A DNA stretch of 64,000 nt from an uncultured delta proteobacterium (GCA_963727625.1 CAVSHR010000008.1:160001-224000); one strand, 5' to 3'; positions 27,624 through 38,076 are shown, counted from the stretch's first letter. Notes: a model not told the origin generated them from the letters alone. Numbers and translations: made by a program.

Positions 27624-27884
27624 ATGGATGCTAATGCTTTGGCGGCTGCAAAACAAACTATCCGAAAGCTCAAAAAAGATAAGGCGGAAATTCTCGGCTC
27701 GACGCGGGATCGCAAAAAGCTTAAAAATATTCAGCGCCAGGTGAGGCAGCTGAAGCGCCAATCGCGAGTGCTCGGCAAGGAAAAGAAAGCCGAAGCGGCA
27801 GCCATGGCAGCCGCAGCGGCTGCGCAAGCTGCGGCGGAAAAAGCCGCGGCAGCTGCAAAACCGGCGGAAGCGCCCGCCCAGTAG
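27624..27884 (+). CDS. Small basic hypothetical protein with Ala-rich tail
   Basis: Strong RBS GGGAGGA; Lys/Arg-rich helical hairpin followed by an AAAA-rich tail. Confidence 0.7.
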   Translation: MDANALAAAKQTIRKLKKDKAEILGSTRDRKKLKNIQRQVRQLKRQSRVLGKEKKAEAAAMAAAAAAQAAAEKAAAAAKPAEAPAQ

Positions 27885-27897
27885 AAGGTGAGTGGTC

Positions 27898-28952
27898 ATG
27901 GCCCCGCCGCCTCGCCTGCGCGGCCGCGGATCAGTAAGTAATCCGAAAAACCGCTTTGAATCAGTCGAGCGGGTGCCGGACCCGGCCTACGAGTTCGACC
28001 AGACCTCTGCGCCGCAGACACAGTTTTTTCCCGACCACAGCAAATCGATTATCGCTTACAACGAAAGTCCCGATGTCGGCTTCGATGCCAGCATCAACCC
28101 CTATCGAGGCTGTGAGCATGGCTGCGTCTATTGCTATGCGCGGCCGTCCCATGAATATCTCGGCTTTTCCGCCGGTCTGGACTTCGAGACCAAGATCATG
28201 GTCAAGGAGGACGCGCCTGAGCTATTGCGCCGCGAGCTCTCCGGGCGCGCCTGGAAACCGCAATGGGTCGCGCTGAGCGGCAATACCGACTGCTATCAGC
28301 CGGCGGAGAAGAAACGCAAACTGACGCGGCGTTGTCTGGAAGTCTTGCTCGAGTTTCGTAATCCCGTGGTCATCGTCACCAAGAATTTCCTGGTGACGCG
28401 CGATATCGATATCCTTCGGAGCTTGCGCGCTACGACTGCGTCGCGGTGACGATTTCTTTGACCACGCTCGATCACAAATTATCTTCTTTGCTCGAGCCGC
28501 GCGCGTCGCGACCGGCGCGGCGGCTGGCAGCGATCAAAACGCTTGCCGACGCGGGAGTCCCGGTGGGATACCTGCAAGCGCCGATGATTCCCGGTCTCAC
28601 GGATTCTGAGGCTCCGGCCATCGGACTGGCAGCGGCGCAGGCGGGAGCCACGTTTTCCGGCTACGTCGCCTTGCGCCTGCCTTTCGCGGTGAAAGTCTTG
28701 TTCGAGCAGTGGCTCGACCGGCACTACCCTGACAAGAAAACTAAAATTCTAAATCGCGTGCGGGAAATCCGCGGCGGCAAGCTCAACGATCCGAATTTCA
28801 AATCGCGCATGCGCGGCGAGGGTATTTATGCCGAGCAGATGGCAGAGCTGTTTCAATTGGCGCGCAAAAAATCGGGAATCACCGCGCGCTGGCCGAAACT
28901 GACGACCGAGCATTTTCACAGAGCCGGAGTGGATCAGCTGAATCTATTCTGA
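27898..28952 (+). pseudogene. PA0069-family radical SAM protein (SplB-related), split by a 1-nt frameshift near 28416 (possibly a sequencing error)
   Basis: SINPYRGCEHGCVYCYARP; adding one base gives ..DIL.ELARYDCVAVTISLTT, joining ORFs 27892-28449 and 28446-28952. Confidence 0.85.
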
Positions 28953-29121
28953 CTCGACTCATTCTCGCCCGATGTTTCGCGGATTGGCACGACCGAAGAC
29001 CGAGCCCTCCAGAGCGAAGACGGCGCGCCCGAAACCGCACTTCGCTCGGACGCTCAAATTTTAGATCTCGTAGTTTCTTTTGTGATTTGAAATTCGCGAT
29101 TTGACATGCCGCAGGGCGGCG

Positions 29122-29472
29122 TTAGTCGCAATAGTATTCGATCTGATAGCCGTTGGGATCGGAAAAATAGATCGCGTCTTTGCCGCGCCGCCCGTCGATT
29201 TTGACGTCATGCTGCTTGAGCCTTTGCTCGATTTTCTTGAGCCCCGCCGCCGTTACTTTGAAACCGATATGCTCGAGAGCTTGGGCGCCTGACGTGCGCG
29301 CCGAGCTTTTGACGAAATTGATCAGGTCGCTGCTGCCGGGCGTGGTCAAGAAGAGCATCTTGGGCGGATGGCGAAAGGCGATCTTCATTCCCAAGACGCC
29401 GATGTAAAACTCTTCGGTCTTTTTCAGGTCGCGCGCTTTAAGCGCGATGTGGCTCAGTCCTTTTTTGACCAT
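29122..29472 (-). CDS. VOC/glyoxalase family protein
   Basis: LSHIALK..FY..VLG, LEHIGF, YFSDPNGYQIE. Confidence 0.85.
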   Translation of the reverse strand: MVKKGLSHIALKARDLKKTEEFYIGVLGMKIAFRHPPKMLFLTTPGSSDLINFVKSSARTSGAQALEHIGFKVTAAGLKKIEQRLKQHDVKIDGRRGKDAIYFSDPNGYQIEYYCD

Positions 29473-29618
29473 GATGTCTGATCTCCCGTCAATCTATTCC
29501 CGACCGGCATTCCTGTATAACTCACCACCGCCGGGGGAATCAAATTGTCGTGCGATACTTTTACAAGGATAAGGAACCTTGGTAGGGTACAAATTCCCGC
29601 TCCGAAGGTGAATCTCCA

Positions 29619-30953
29619 TTGAGCTTTTACACGTTATTCCGTGTGCGCGCGACTCGACCGAGGATTTTCTACGGTTGGTATATCGTGGCTGTCGGCTTCC
29701 TAGCTCAAGTGAATTGCGCATTTCACATGTCGAGCACGCTCAGTGTGTTTCTCAAGCCCTTGACCGAGGACTTGGCGGTTTCGCGCGGATTGTTTTCCTT
29801 GCTGCGCTCGGGAGAAATTCTCATCGCCGGAGCGTTGGCGCCGCTGGTGGGACCGCTGGTCGATCGCTACGGCGGACGGTGGTTGATGACCGGCGGCGCG
29901 CTCGCCGCTGGGGTGGGTTTCATCTTGCTCAGTCAGGTCAGCGCGTTTTGGCAGTTTCTATTGGTGCGCTGGGCCTGTATCGCCGTCGGCGGCGTGCTCA
30001 TGTGTCAGATGATCGTGAGCGTGACCATATCTCGCTGGTTCGTGCGCAAACGCGGCCGCGCCATTGCGATCGCGAGCCTGGGGCAGGGCATGTCCAAGGT
30101 TCTGATCCCGATCGTCACGGCAACACTCTTCATTTGGGTGGGTTGGCGTTCGACCTGGGCGATCTTCGGCTTGCTGACCTTGTTTCTCGTTGTCCTGCCC
30201 GCCGCACTGCTCATGCGTCCGGGTCCGGAGGAAATGGGACTCAAGCCCGATGGCATCGATGCGCCGTCCGAGCCCGCTACGGATACCGCTTTGAAAGACG
30301 GCGTCAGGTCGCGACGTCGGAGCGCACTGGAAGAAACATTCTGGTCGCGGCGCGAGATCATCGGCACGCGCACGTTCTGGATCATATGTTTCATGTACGG
30401 CATGGCCAATGTCGGCATTGCCGGACTCAATCTTCATGTGTTTGCTTACATTACGGATATCGGATTTAGCACGCTGGTGGCGGCGACCACGCTGACGATC
30501 ATCGCTTCGACGCAAATGGGCTCCACTTTAGTCTGGGGTTATATCAGCGAACGAATGGACATTCGCCATGCGAGCATGACGATGTTTCTTATCCAGGCCA
30601 CCGGGTTGCTGCTCGCGATTACAGCTGTTCATGTGCTCGCATTGTATGCCGGTTTTTTTCTCTACGGCATCGGTTTAGGCGGCAGCTTTGTGCTCCAGGA
30701 GCTGATTTGGGCAACTTATTTTGGCCGGCTCTCGCTCGGCAATGTGCGCGGTCTCGGCACCCTCGTGACCTACACTTTCGGCGCCGCCGGAGCGCCGTTT
30801 TTTGGATTTGTCCACGACGTAACAGGCAGCTATCGGTCTTCGTTTTTTGCTTTCGCCGCCGCTCTCGTCGTGTCGGCAATCCTGAGCGCCGCGGTGCGTG
30901 CGCCCAAAAAACCGGGCGGGGTTGGATTGACCCCGCGTCAGGACCAAGCATAA
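29619..30953 (+). CDS. MFS transporter (OFA/MCT-like)
   Basis: FYGWYIV, GPLVDRYGGR motif A, WFVRKRGRA, about 12 TM. Confidence 0.9.
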   Translation: MSFYTLFRVRATRPRIFYGWYIVAVGFLAQVNCAFHMSSTLSVFLKPLTEDLAVSRGLFSLLRSGEILIAGALAPLVGPLVDRYGGRWLMTGGALAAGVGFILLSQVSAFWQFLLVRWACIAVGGVLMCQMIVSVTISRWFVRKRGRAIAIASLGQGMSKVLIPIVTATLFIWVGWRSTWAIFGLLTLFLVVLPAALLMRPGPEEMGLKPDGIDAPSEPATDTALKDGVRSRRRSALEETFWSRREIIGTRTFWIICFMYGMANVGIAGLNLHVFAYITDIGFSTLVAATTLTIIASTQMGSTLVWGYISERMDIRHASMTMFLIQATGLLLAITAVHVLALYAGFFLYGIGLGGSFVLQELIWATYFGRLSLGNVRGLGTLVTYTFGAAGAPFFGFVHDVTGSYRSSFFAFAAALVVSAILSAAVRAPKKPGGVGLTPRQDQA

Positions 30954-30983
30954 TGAAATCGGTATCGCTTCACCGGTACTGAC

Positions 30984-32120
30984 ATGGCAAACCCTCCGCA
31001 CACCGGCGTCGAACTGCGCACAGAAGGGCCGCGGGACGGCGTGTTCAAACTCGCCATTGCGGGCCGGCTCGACTCCAGCACCACGGGCGGCATTTGGCGC
31101 CAAGCGACGGCTGCCGTCAGCGGCGTCAAGGTTCCAAATATCGTCGTCGACGCCAGCGCGATCAACTATTGCGACGGCGCCGGCATCGCTTTGCTCGTGC
31201 AACTGCGACGACTGAAAAGCGAAGCCGGCGGCACCCTGCAAATCGACGGTCTCCGTCCCGAGTTCGCCAAGCTGCTCAACGACAGCATGCCGCACTCGCA
31301 CGCCGAGGTTAACCGCGAGCAAACGCGCGGCGGGCTTGCGGAGGAGATCGGCGAGGCCACCGTCGAGCTGTGGCTCGACATTCACGCTCTCATCGGATTC
31401 GTCGGAGAACTAACCATGGGCTTGGCCTACGCCGTGGTCCATCCGCGCCGCGTGCGCTGGCGCGACGCCTTGCGGGTAGCCGAAGCGGCCGGCGTCAACG
31501 CCTTGCCCATCGTCGCGCTGGTCAGTTTCCTGATGGGCTTGATCATGGCTTTCCAGGCCGCCATTCCGTTGCGTCAATTTGGCGCGCAACTTTTCATCGC
31601 CAACTTGATCGGGCTCTCGATGCTGCGCGAGTTGGGCCCGCTGATGACCGCGATCATCTTGGCCGGCCGTTCAGGCTCCGCCTTCGCTGCCGAGATCGGC
31701 ACCATGAAGGTGCGCGAGGAAATCGACGCGCTCAAGACGATGGGGCTCGACCCGGTGCGCTTCCTGATCGTCACACGGGTGATCGCGGCGGTGTGTATGA
31801 CCCCGCTGCTGACCATCTTTGCCGATCTCTGCGGATTGATGGGCGGATCTGTCGTAATGCTATCGCTGGGCTTTCCCTTGATCACGTACTTTCACCAGCT
31901 CCAATACGCGGTGAGTTACGGTTCACTGGTGGGCGGCTTGGTTAAGGCGTTCAGCTTCGGCATTTTAGTCGCCGGCATCGGCTGCCTGCGCGGTTTGCAA
32001 ACCCAGTCAGCCGCCAGCTCGGTTGGAGAATCGACTACCAGCGCTGTCGTCAGCGGCATCATTCTGATCGCGATCACCGACGGGATTTTCTCGGTGGTCT
32101 ATTACTACTTGGGGGTGTAG
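30984..32120 (+). CDS. MlaE-family permease with N-terminal STAS domain
   Basis: STAS-like N-terminus; LRELGPLMTAIILAGRSGSAFAAEIGTMKVREEIDAL. Confidence 0.9.
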   Translation: MANPPHTGVELRTEGPRDGVFKLAIAGRLDSSTTGGIWRQATAAVSGVKVPNIVVDASAINYCDGAGIALLVQLRRLKSEAGGTLQIDGLRPEFAKLLNDSMPHSHAEVNREQTRGGLAEEIGEATVELWLDIHALIGFVGELTMGLAYAVVHPRRVRWRDALRVAEAAGVNALPIVALVSFLMGLIMAFQAAIPLRQFGAQLFIANLIGLSMLRELGPLMTAIILAGRSGSAFAAEIGTMKVREEIDALKTMGLDPVRFLIVTRVIAAVCMTPLLTIFADLCGLMGGSVVMLSLGFPLITYFHQLQYAVSYGSLVGGLVKAFSFGILVAGIGCLRGLQTQSAASSVGESTTSAVVSGIILIAITDGIFSVVYYYLGV

Positions 32121-32894
32121 GTGGCGAACGAAGCGGAGCGCGAAGCGATCATCCGAGTGGAGAACTTCAGGGCCGCTTATAACGGCCTGGTTGTTCTCGA
32201 TCGCATCAATTTCGACGTTTATGCCGGCGAGGTGTTTGCGATACTCGGCGGCTCGGGCTGCGGCAAGAGCACGCTGCTCAAGCACATGATCGGTCTCTAC
32301 AAGCCGGCGGCGGGACGGATTCTCATTGACGGCGACGATATCTCGGCCGCCCACGGCGAGGAGCGCCTGAAGATCCTGAGAAAGTTCGGCGTGATGTATC
32401 AAAGCGGCGCGCTGTTCGGTTCCATGACGCTGATCAAAAACGTCGCGCTGCCGCTGGAAGAATTCACCGACCTGCCGCCGGAAGCGATTCGCTTGATCGC
32501 GCTGATGAAGCTCGAGCGCGTCGGCTTGGGCGGCGCGGCGGACCTTATGCCGGCGGAGCTCAGCGGCGGAATGCAAAAACGAGGTGCCATCGCGCGCGCC
32601 ATGGCCCTCGACCCGCAAATCCTGTTTCTCGACGAATTGTCGGCCGGTCTCGATCCGGTCACCTCCGTCGAGCTGGATCAACTGGTCTTGAGCTTGGCGC
32701 GCAGCCTGAAGATCACCTTCGTCGTGGTGACCCACGAGCTGCCGAGCATCTTCACGATTGCGGATCGGGTTGTTATGCTGGATAAGCAAGTGAAGGGAAT
32801 CATCGCCATCGGCAGTCCACAGGAGCTGCGCGAGGGCAGCGCGGATCGGAGAGTCCGGCAGTTTTTCTCGCGGCAAGCTTTCAATGATGATTGA
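32121..32894 (+). CDS. MlaF-family ABC ATPase
   Basis: GGSGCGKST, YQSGALFGSMT, ELSGGMQKR, VVTHEL. Confidence 0.9.
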   Translation: MANEAEREAIIRVENFRAAYNGLVVLDRINFDVYAGEVFAILGGSGCGKSTLLKHMIGLYKPAAGRILIDGDDISAAHGEERLKILRKFGVMYQSGALFGSMTLIKNVALPLEEFTDLPPEAIRLIALMKLERVGLGGAADLMPAELSGGMQKRGAIARAMALDPQILFLDELSAGLDPVTSVELDQLVLSLARSLKITFVVVTHELPSIFTIADRVVMLDKQVKGIIAIGSPQELREGSADRRVRQFFSRQAFNDD

Positions 32895-32925
32895 ACGCTT
32901 GGCGGTCTGCGTGGTTCATTGAGCC

Positions 32926-33978
32926 ATGGAAAAATTCAGCTACTTCAAGATCGGCGTATTCGTCATCAGTGCGGTGGTCATTGGCGTCATCGGCATCATC
33001 GTGCTCGGCGTGGGCACGATCTTTCAGAAGAAAACCATCGTCGAGACCTATATCGACGAGTCCGTCCAGGGCCTGGATGTCGGCTCTGCGATAAAGTTCC
33101 GCGGCGTACCCATCGGCACTGTGGAGCAGATTAGCCTCACCAGCGTCGAGTACCCAACCAAGCGCCGCTATGTGCTGGTGCGTGCCGCTTTGACTTCGAA
33201 AATTTTTCACTTGCCGACCGACGCAACGCCCGGCTTTCAAGCGGAAATCAACAAAGGATTGCGCGTGCGCCTTGCGGCGCAAGGCTTGACCGGGGTCGCA
33301 TATATAGAGGCGGACTACGTGGACCCGGCCCGTAATCCGCCGCTGGAAATCGATTGGCAGCCGGTTTATCCCTATGTGCCTTCGGCGCAAAGCCGGATCA
33401 CTCAGCTGAGCGAGTCGGTTGATCGGATTCTGCAAAAGATCGAGAAGGTCGATGTCGAGCGGTTGATGGATAGCCTCGACAACTCGCTTGGAACGCTCAC
33501 CAAGATGGCCGAAGGTGCGAATCTCGACAAGGTCGGCGCCCAGGTGACCGCCTTTCTCACCGAGGTGCGCGAGACCAACCGGCAGGTCAATGCCCTGGTC
33601 AGCAGCCCCGAGCTCAAGTTGGCGATTGCCGATGTCTCAGCGACGTCGCAGCGCGCGCGACAAATTGTCGAGCGCGCGGAAAAACCAATCAATCAGATGC
33701 TAGCCGATCTGCCGCGAGCGACAGAAGGCTTGAGCCGGCTGGTTAAACAAATGGATGCGGTAGCCAAAGATTTGCCTGAAACGAGCACGCAATTGCGCCA
33801 GACCATCCAGCGCATGAATCGTCTGATCTCAAGCCAGCAGCGCGACATCGAAAAAACCGTGGATAACCTGCGCGCGGTATCTGAGAATATGAAAGAGATC
33901 ACCGAGAGTTCGAAAAAATATCCCTCGCAGGTTTTGTTCGGCGCGCCGCCGCCGCCGTCGAAGGTCATGCAACGATGA
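32926..33978 (+). CDS. MCE/MlaD family protein with long helical extension
   Basis: N-terminal TM, ESVQGLDVGSAIKFRGVPIGTV, QGLTG, coiled-coil C-terminus. Confidence 0.9.
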   Translation: MEKFSYFKIGVFVISAVVIGVIGIIVLGVGTIFQKKTIVETYIDESVQGLDVGSAIKFRGVPIGTVEQISLTSVEYPTKRRYVLVRAALTSKIFHLPTDATPGFQAEINKGLRVRLAAQGLTGVAYIEADYVDPARNPPLEIDWQPVYPYVPSAQSRITQLSESVDRILQKIEKVDVERLMDSLDNSLGTLTKMAEGANLDKVGAQVTAFLTEVRETNRQVNALVSSPELKLAIADVSATSQRARQIVERAEKPINQMLADLPRATEGLSRLVKQMDAVAKDLPETSTQLRQTIQRMNRLISSQQRDIEKTVDNLRAVSENMKEITESSKKYPSQVLFGAPPPPSKVMQR

Positions 33979-34595
33979 TGCGATTCACTCAAATGCTCCG
34001 GCACACCGTTTTGTTGTTCGCGATACTTGTCTCCGGCTGCGTGACTTTGGAGCGGAGCTATCCGGACAAGCGTTACTTCGTGATCGAGATCCGCGAGGCC
34101 GCCAAAACGCCGGCCGCGCAAAGCGATCGAGTGTTGTTGGTTTCCAACCTGCATATTTCGCCGCGCTACGCCGGCACGGCGTTTGTTTATCGGACCTCGG
34201 ATACGGCGTACGAATCGGATTTCTACAACCAGTTTCTCTCCGCGCCAGGAACGATGATCAGCGAGGAACTGCGCAAAGGTCTGGCGGCCCAGTCGGCCTT
34301 CAAATACATTATAGGCCCGTCCAGCGAGCTCACGGCGAACTATGTGTTGGAAGGCTCCGCCAACGCGCTCTATGGCGACTTTCGCGATCTCAACAAGCCG
34401 GCGGCGGTCTTGGAGATCGAATTTTTCCTGCGCAATCAAGATCCTGAAAAGTCCGGTATCGTCCTGCATCGACGCTACACGAAATCAGTCGCCATCGGCC
34501 GGCGCTCTCCCGACGCGCTCGCCACCGGATGGAACCAGGCGCTGGAAGCCATCGTCAGCATGTTGGTCGCCGATCTGGGCAAAACCAAGCTGTAA
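33975..34595 (+). CDS. PqiC-like ABC auxiliary lipoprotein
   Basis: Lipobox LVSGC; last gene of the MlaE/F/MCE operon. Confidence 0.8.
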   Translation: MMRFTQMLRHTVLLFAILVSGCVTLERSYPDKRYFVIEIREAAKTPAAQSDRVLLVSNLHISPRYAGTAFVYRTSDTAYESDFYNQFLSAPGTMISEELRKGLAAQSAFKYIIGPSSELTANYVLEGSANALYGDFRDLNKPAAVLEIEFFLRNQDPEKSGIVLHRRYTKSVAIGRRSPDALATGWNQALEAIVSMLVADLGKTKL

Positions 34596-34646
34596 TCTAA
34601 TAAAGCTTTGCGCGGGTCGCAGGAAACCTCCTCGCGGTCAACAATA

Positions 34647-34671
34647 GGGGTCGGTAGCGTGGGCCGACCCT
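34647..34671. terminator. GC-rich hairpin after the MCE operon (terminator or REP-like)
   Basis: GGGGTCGGT-agcgtgg-GCCGACCCT. Confidence 0.4.
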
Positions 34672-34720
34672 GATGTGCTTCCCGTTCACGCTCATTCCCC
34701 GTGCAACCAAATGATTGGGC

Positions 34721-34753
34721 TAAGACTGAATTTAGACTATATTTAGACTAACT
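34721..34753 (+). promoter_or_regulatory. Three tandem 11-bp repeats, probable toxin-antitoxin operator
   Basis: TAAGACTGAAT TTAGACTATAT TTAGACTAACT immediately upstream of the antitoxin RBS. Confidence 0.6.
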
Positions 34754-34770
34754 GTCAGGAGGTGCCTTCG

Positions 34771-35046
34771 ATGAAATTATCGGACCAAATCAAGCCCATC
34801 AGTTATTTGAAAGCCAATACCGCGGAGTTATTGCGCCGAATGGCCGAGCGGCGCGAACCGCTCGTGATTACTCAGAACGGCGTCGCCACGGCGGTCATCC
34901 AAGACGTCGCATCCTATGAACAAAACCAAGAAACCATGGCGCTACTGAAAATTCTCGCCTTGGGAAACCGCCAGATAGACGAGAGTAAAGTTGCGCCGGC
35001 GCACGCAGTCATCAAACGGCTGCGAGCGGCGAAGGCACGTGACTGA
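34771..35046 (+). CDS. Phd/YefM family antitoxin
   Basis: IKPISYLKAN, PLVITQNG; RBS AGGAGG. Confidence 0.9.
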   Translation: MKLSDQIKPISYLKANTAELLRRMAERREPLVITQNGVATAVIQDVASYEQNQETMALLKILALGNRQIDESKVAPAHAVIKRLRAAKARD

Positions 35047-35372
35047 TGCGCGTCGAGGTGCTGCTAACCGAGAACGCGAACCACGATCTCGAAGAGATCT
35101 ACAACTACATTGCTGAACATGACTCTTTAGGCAGCGCCGAGAACCTGCCTAACCGCATTGCCGATGTGTTCGGGAGCCTCGGCAACCATCCGGACCGCGG
35201 CTCTTACCCCAAAGAGCTTTCCGCGTTGGGCATCCGCGAATATCGGCAGGTATTCTTCAAGCCCTATCGAATCATCTACCGCGTCGTCGCGAAACGAGTG
35301 TACGTCTATCTGATCGCGGATGGCGGACGAGATTTTCAGTCACTTCTAGCTCGACGCCTGTTGAGATCTTGA
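35046..35372 (+). CDS. RelE/ParE family toxin
   Basis: TGATG coupling; DLEEIYNYI, PDRG..PKEL..LG..YRQ..KPYRIIY. Confidence 0.88.
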   Translation: MRVEVLLTENANHDLEEIYNYIAEHDSLGSAENLPNRIADVFGSLGNHPDRGSYPKELSALGIREYRQVFFKPYRIIYRVVAKRVYVYLIADGGRDFQSLLARRLLRS

Positions 35373-35638
35373 CCGTCTGGCGCTGGGCGACGTTGCGCAG
35401 CGGATCACTATGTTAGGTACGTTTCGCGCACCGTGCGATATCTACTCGGCGAAAAACGGGGCCCAGAATAACGACCCATAGCATGCCGTTAACTCCCAAC
35501 TTAACCGGCGACTTTGATTACTGGGTATCCACGCCCTCTCCGCCGCGCAAACACCAGCTTGTATGTGGCGAATCGTAGCAGCGGATTTCGCCCGCAGTGA
35601 GACGGAAGCCGGGGCATCTTCACCGTGCTGCAAAACCC

Positions 35639-38044
35639 TCATTCAGCTGGCCGCACGCGGCAGAGATAAGATCGGTGCGGCAGCGAGCCGCTCACCGGGT
35701 CGGTGAGGTCGGTGCCGATCAAGGTCGCGGGATTGGCGCCGCTTGAATTGTAGGGATCGTATCCAGGCAGTTCCATTTCCTTGCACTCCTGCCACCAGCC
35801 ATGTTGGCAGCAGACCACTCCGGGAATGATATTGGTCGTCACGTGCGCTTTGACGCGGATCGCGCCGCGCGGGCTTTCGACGATCATCCATTCTTTATTT
35901 TTTATACCGTAACGCAGCGCGGTTTCCGGATGAATATCGGCGCCGGGTTCGGGGGCGGTTTTGCGCAGACTCGGCAGTGCGCGCTGCTGGCTATGCACGA
36001 AGTTGGTGATCTTCGCATTGGTCAAAACCAGCGGAAAATCGGCTGCGAGATCGGGACGGCTGATTGGACTAATAGCGGGCTCGATATATTCCGGCATGGC
36101 GGGAACGCCATTGGCGGCGAAAGTGTGTGAGTAAAGCTCGACTCGCTTGGACGGCGTGGCGAAGCCGCGGTGAATTTTACCCGTATTCGCTCTTGTATGT
36201 TTTTCGTATGTGGGCTCCGCTGGCACGGATAGGCCGCCGGGAGAATTTTTCAGCTGTTCGAGCGTGATGCCGCTCGGCTTGAGCTCGTAATCATACGCCG
36301 CTTCAATGTCGCCCTGCCAAAATTTATCGCCGAAACCAAGACGCTTGGCCAGTTCGAAAATAATCCAGGTATCGGAGCGGCGCTCGGCCAGCGGCTCGAC
36401 CGCGGCGGCGCGATATTGCAGATGAGTCTTGCCTTGGCGGCGGTGCTCAAAGGCGGGAGTGACATTCGCCATCTCAAGAAAGCTGGTCGCTGGCAGGACA
36501 TAGTCGCAAAGCTCGGCAGTGGGTGTCATGAAGAGATCGGCGGCGACGGCGAATTCCAATTTTTTCATCGCTTCGCGGCCCATGCGTGGATCGGCATTGG
36601 ACATGATCGTGTTCGAACCGAAGTTCAACAGCGCCTTGACCGGATACGGGCTCTCTTCAAGGACCGCGGTAAAAACATCGTAGGCGGCGCAGTTGCCGGG
36701 CTTGGCCGGCGGGCCGAGTGGCTTGCGCTCGCGGCCGATGCGCAGGGCGGCCATTTCTTTCGGCAGGAATCCTTTGCCGTCGACTTCGTTTACCGATGCC
36801 TTGGGAAAAATCACGTTGCCGCCGGGGCGGTCGAAGTCGCCGAGCAGGGCGTAAAGTGACGCGACCGCGCGGCTGGTCTGCGTCGCGTTGGTATGTTGTC
36901 CGAGACCGTTCCACATGTACATGCTGACCGGCCGGTTGTGCGCCAAAAGCAGCGCGGTCTGCCAGATCTTATCGGCCGCCACCCAGTGAATTTTTTCCGA
37001 ACGCTCCGGCGCGAAGGGTGCGGCGATCTCGCCGAGGCGCTCGAACACCGGCTTGCAGAAAATGTCTCTGCCGTTTTTTCCCTTGAGTGTGCGCACGCCG
37101 AACAACGCCGGCATCACGCCGTCGCGGTCGTAGGCGAGCGTGGCCGGATCGTAAATCGCCGGGCGCTGGCTAGTTTCATCCCAGACGACGTAACGATTTG
37201 CCGCGCCATCGGATGAAAGATCAGCTTCGCTGACGACGCGATCCGATTCACTGTCGAACAGAAAAACTCCGTTGGTCCAGCGGCGCGCGAAACCGGCGTC
37301 GTACCATCCTTCGTCCATGAAACAGTGAATCAATGCCAGCGCCAGAGCGCCGTCGGTTCCGGGACGCGGCTGCAAGAGCAGATCCGCCTGGGCGCCGATG
37401 CCGACGCGGCGCGGATCGATGACGACGGTCTTCATGCCGCGAGTGCGCGCCTGGACGATGTCGTGGGCGAGAATGAGCGAAGTCGAGCTCGGATTGTGGC
37501 CCCAGAGGAGAAAAGCTTTGCTGTTTGCCAGATCGGGCGTAGGCAAGTTCGCGCCGAAGGTGTAGCTGAAGCCGGTGTCCTTGTGCCAATTGCACACATG
37601 GGTCGTTGAGACCCAGTTCGGGCTGCCGATGAGGTAGAGTAAGCGGCCGAGCCAGCGCTCGGCATCGTCCACCGAGGTGCCGCTTCTCGTGCCCTTGGCA
37701 AGGGCGATGGCTTTGGCGCCGTGCTGATTACGTATTTCTAAAATTCGCCGGGCGATGTCGTCGAGCGCTTCCTCCCAACTGACCCGCTGCCAGCCGGGAT
37801 CGGCGTCGCCCTTGGGACGCGTGCGCTTGAGCGGATGGTTAAGCCGGTCGGGATTGTAGACCAACTCCGGTGCGGCTTTGCCCTTGAGGCAAATGACGCC
37901 GCCGTTGGGATGATCGTGATCGGGATCGAGCCGGGTGACACGGTTGTTCTCAACCGTCGCGATTGTCGCGCAGTGGGCGGTGCAGAGGGCGCAGTAGCCG
38001 CGCATTTCTTTAACTTCGCTCGTGCTTTCTGCTGGCTGCGACAT
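35639..38044 (-). CDS. Cytoplasmic molybdopterin oxidoreductase (DMSO reductase family) with N-terminal 4Fe-4S motif
   Basis: CALCTAHC...CLKG, RVSWEEALD, WGHNP, VIDPR, PGTDGALA, DYVLPAT, QHGWW; no Tat signal. Confidence 0.9.
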   Translation of the reverse strand: MSQPAESTSEVKEMRGYCALCTAHCATIATVENNRVTRLDPDHDHPNGGVICLKGKAAPELVYNPDRLNHPLKRTRPKGDADPGWQRVSWEEALDDIARRILEIRNQHGAKAIALAKGTRSGTSVDDAERWLGRLLYLIGSPNWVSTTHVCNWHKDTGFSYTFGANLPTPDLANSKAFLLWGHNPSSTSLILAHDIVQARTRGMKTVVIDPRRVGIGAQADLLLQPRPGTDGALALALIHCFMDEGWYDAGFARRWTNGVFLFDSESDRVVSEADLSSDGAANRYVVWDETSQRPAIYDPATLAYDRDGVMPALFGVRTLKGKNGRDIFCKPVFERLGEIAAPFAPERSEKIHWVAADKIWQTALLLAHNRPVSMYMWNGLGQHTNATQTSRAVASLYALLGDFDRPGGNVIFPKASVNEVDGKGFLPKEMAALRIGRERKPLGPPAKPGNCAAYDVFTAVLEESPYPVKALLNFGSNTIMSNADPRMGREAMKKLEFAVAADLFMTPTAELCDYVLPATSFLEMANVTPAFEHRRQGKTHLQYRAAAVEPLAERRSDTWIIFELAKRLGFGDKFWQGDIEAAYDYELKPSGITLEQLKNSPGGLSVPAEPTYEKHTRANTGKIHRGFATPSKRVELYSHTFAANGVPAMPEYIEPAISPISRPDLAADFPLVLTNAKITNFVHSQQRALPSLRKTAPEPGADIHPETALRYGIKNKEWMIVESPRGAIRVKAHVTTNIIPGVVCCQHGWWQECKEMELPGYDPYNSSGANPATLIGTDLTDPVSGSLPHRSYLCRVRPAE

Positions 38045-38076
38045 CAGAGATTTCTCTCCATCGCGTGATCGATGCG

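Noticed and set aside
34721-34753. CRISPR-like repeats
   Set aside because: Only 11-bp tandem units with no spacers and no cas genes
34600-35640. Mobile element around the TA module
   Set aside because: No transposase, integrase, terminal repeats or tRNA target seen
35639-38044. Acetylene hydratase, formate dehydrogenase or nitrate reductase assignment
   Set aside because: Lacks the acetylene hydratase Asp and the partner subunits; only a family-level call is supportable
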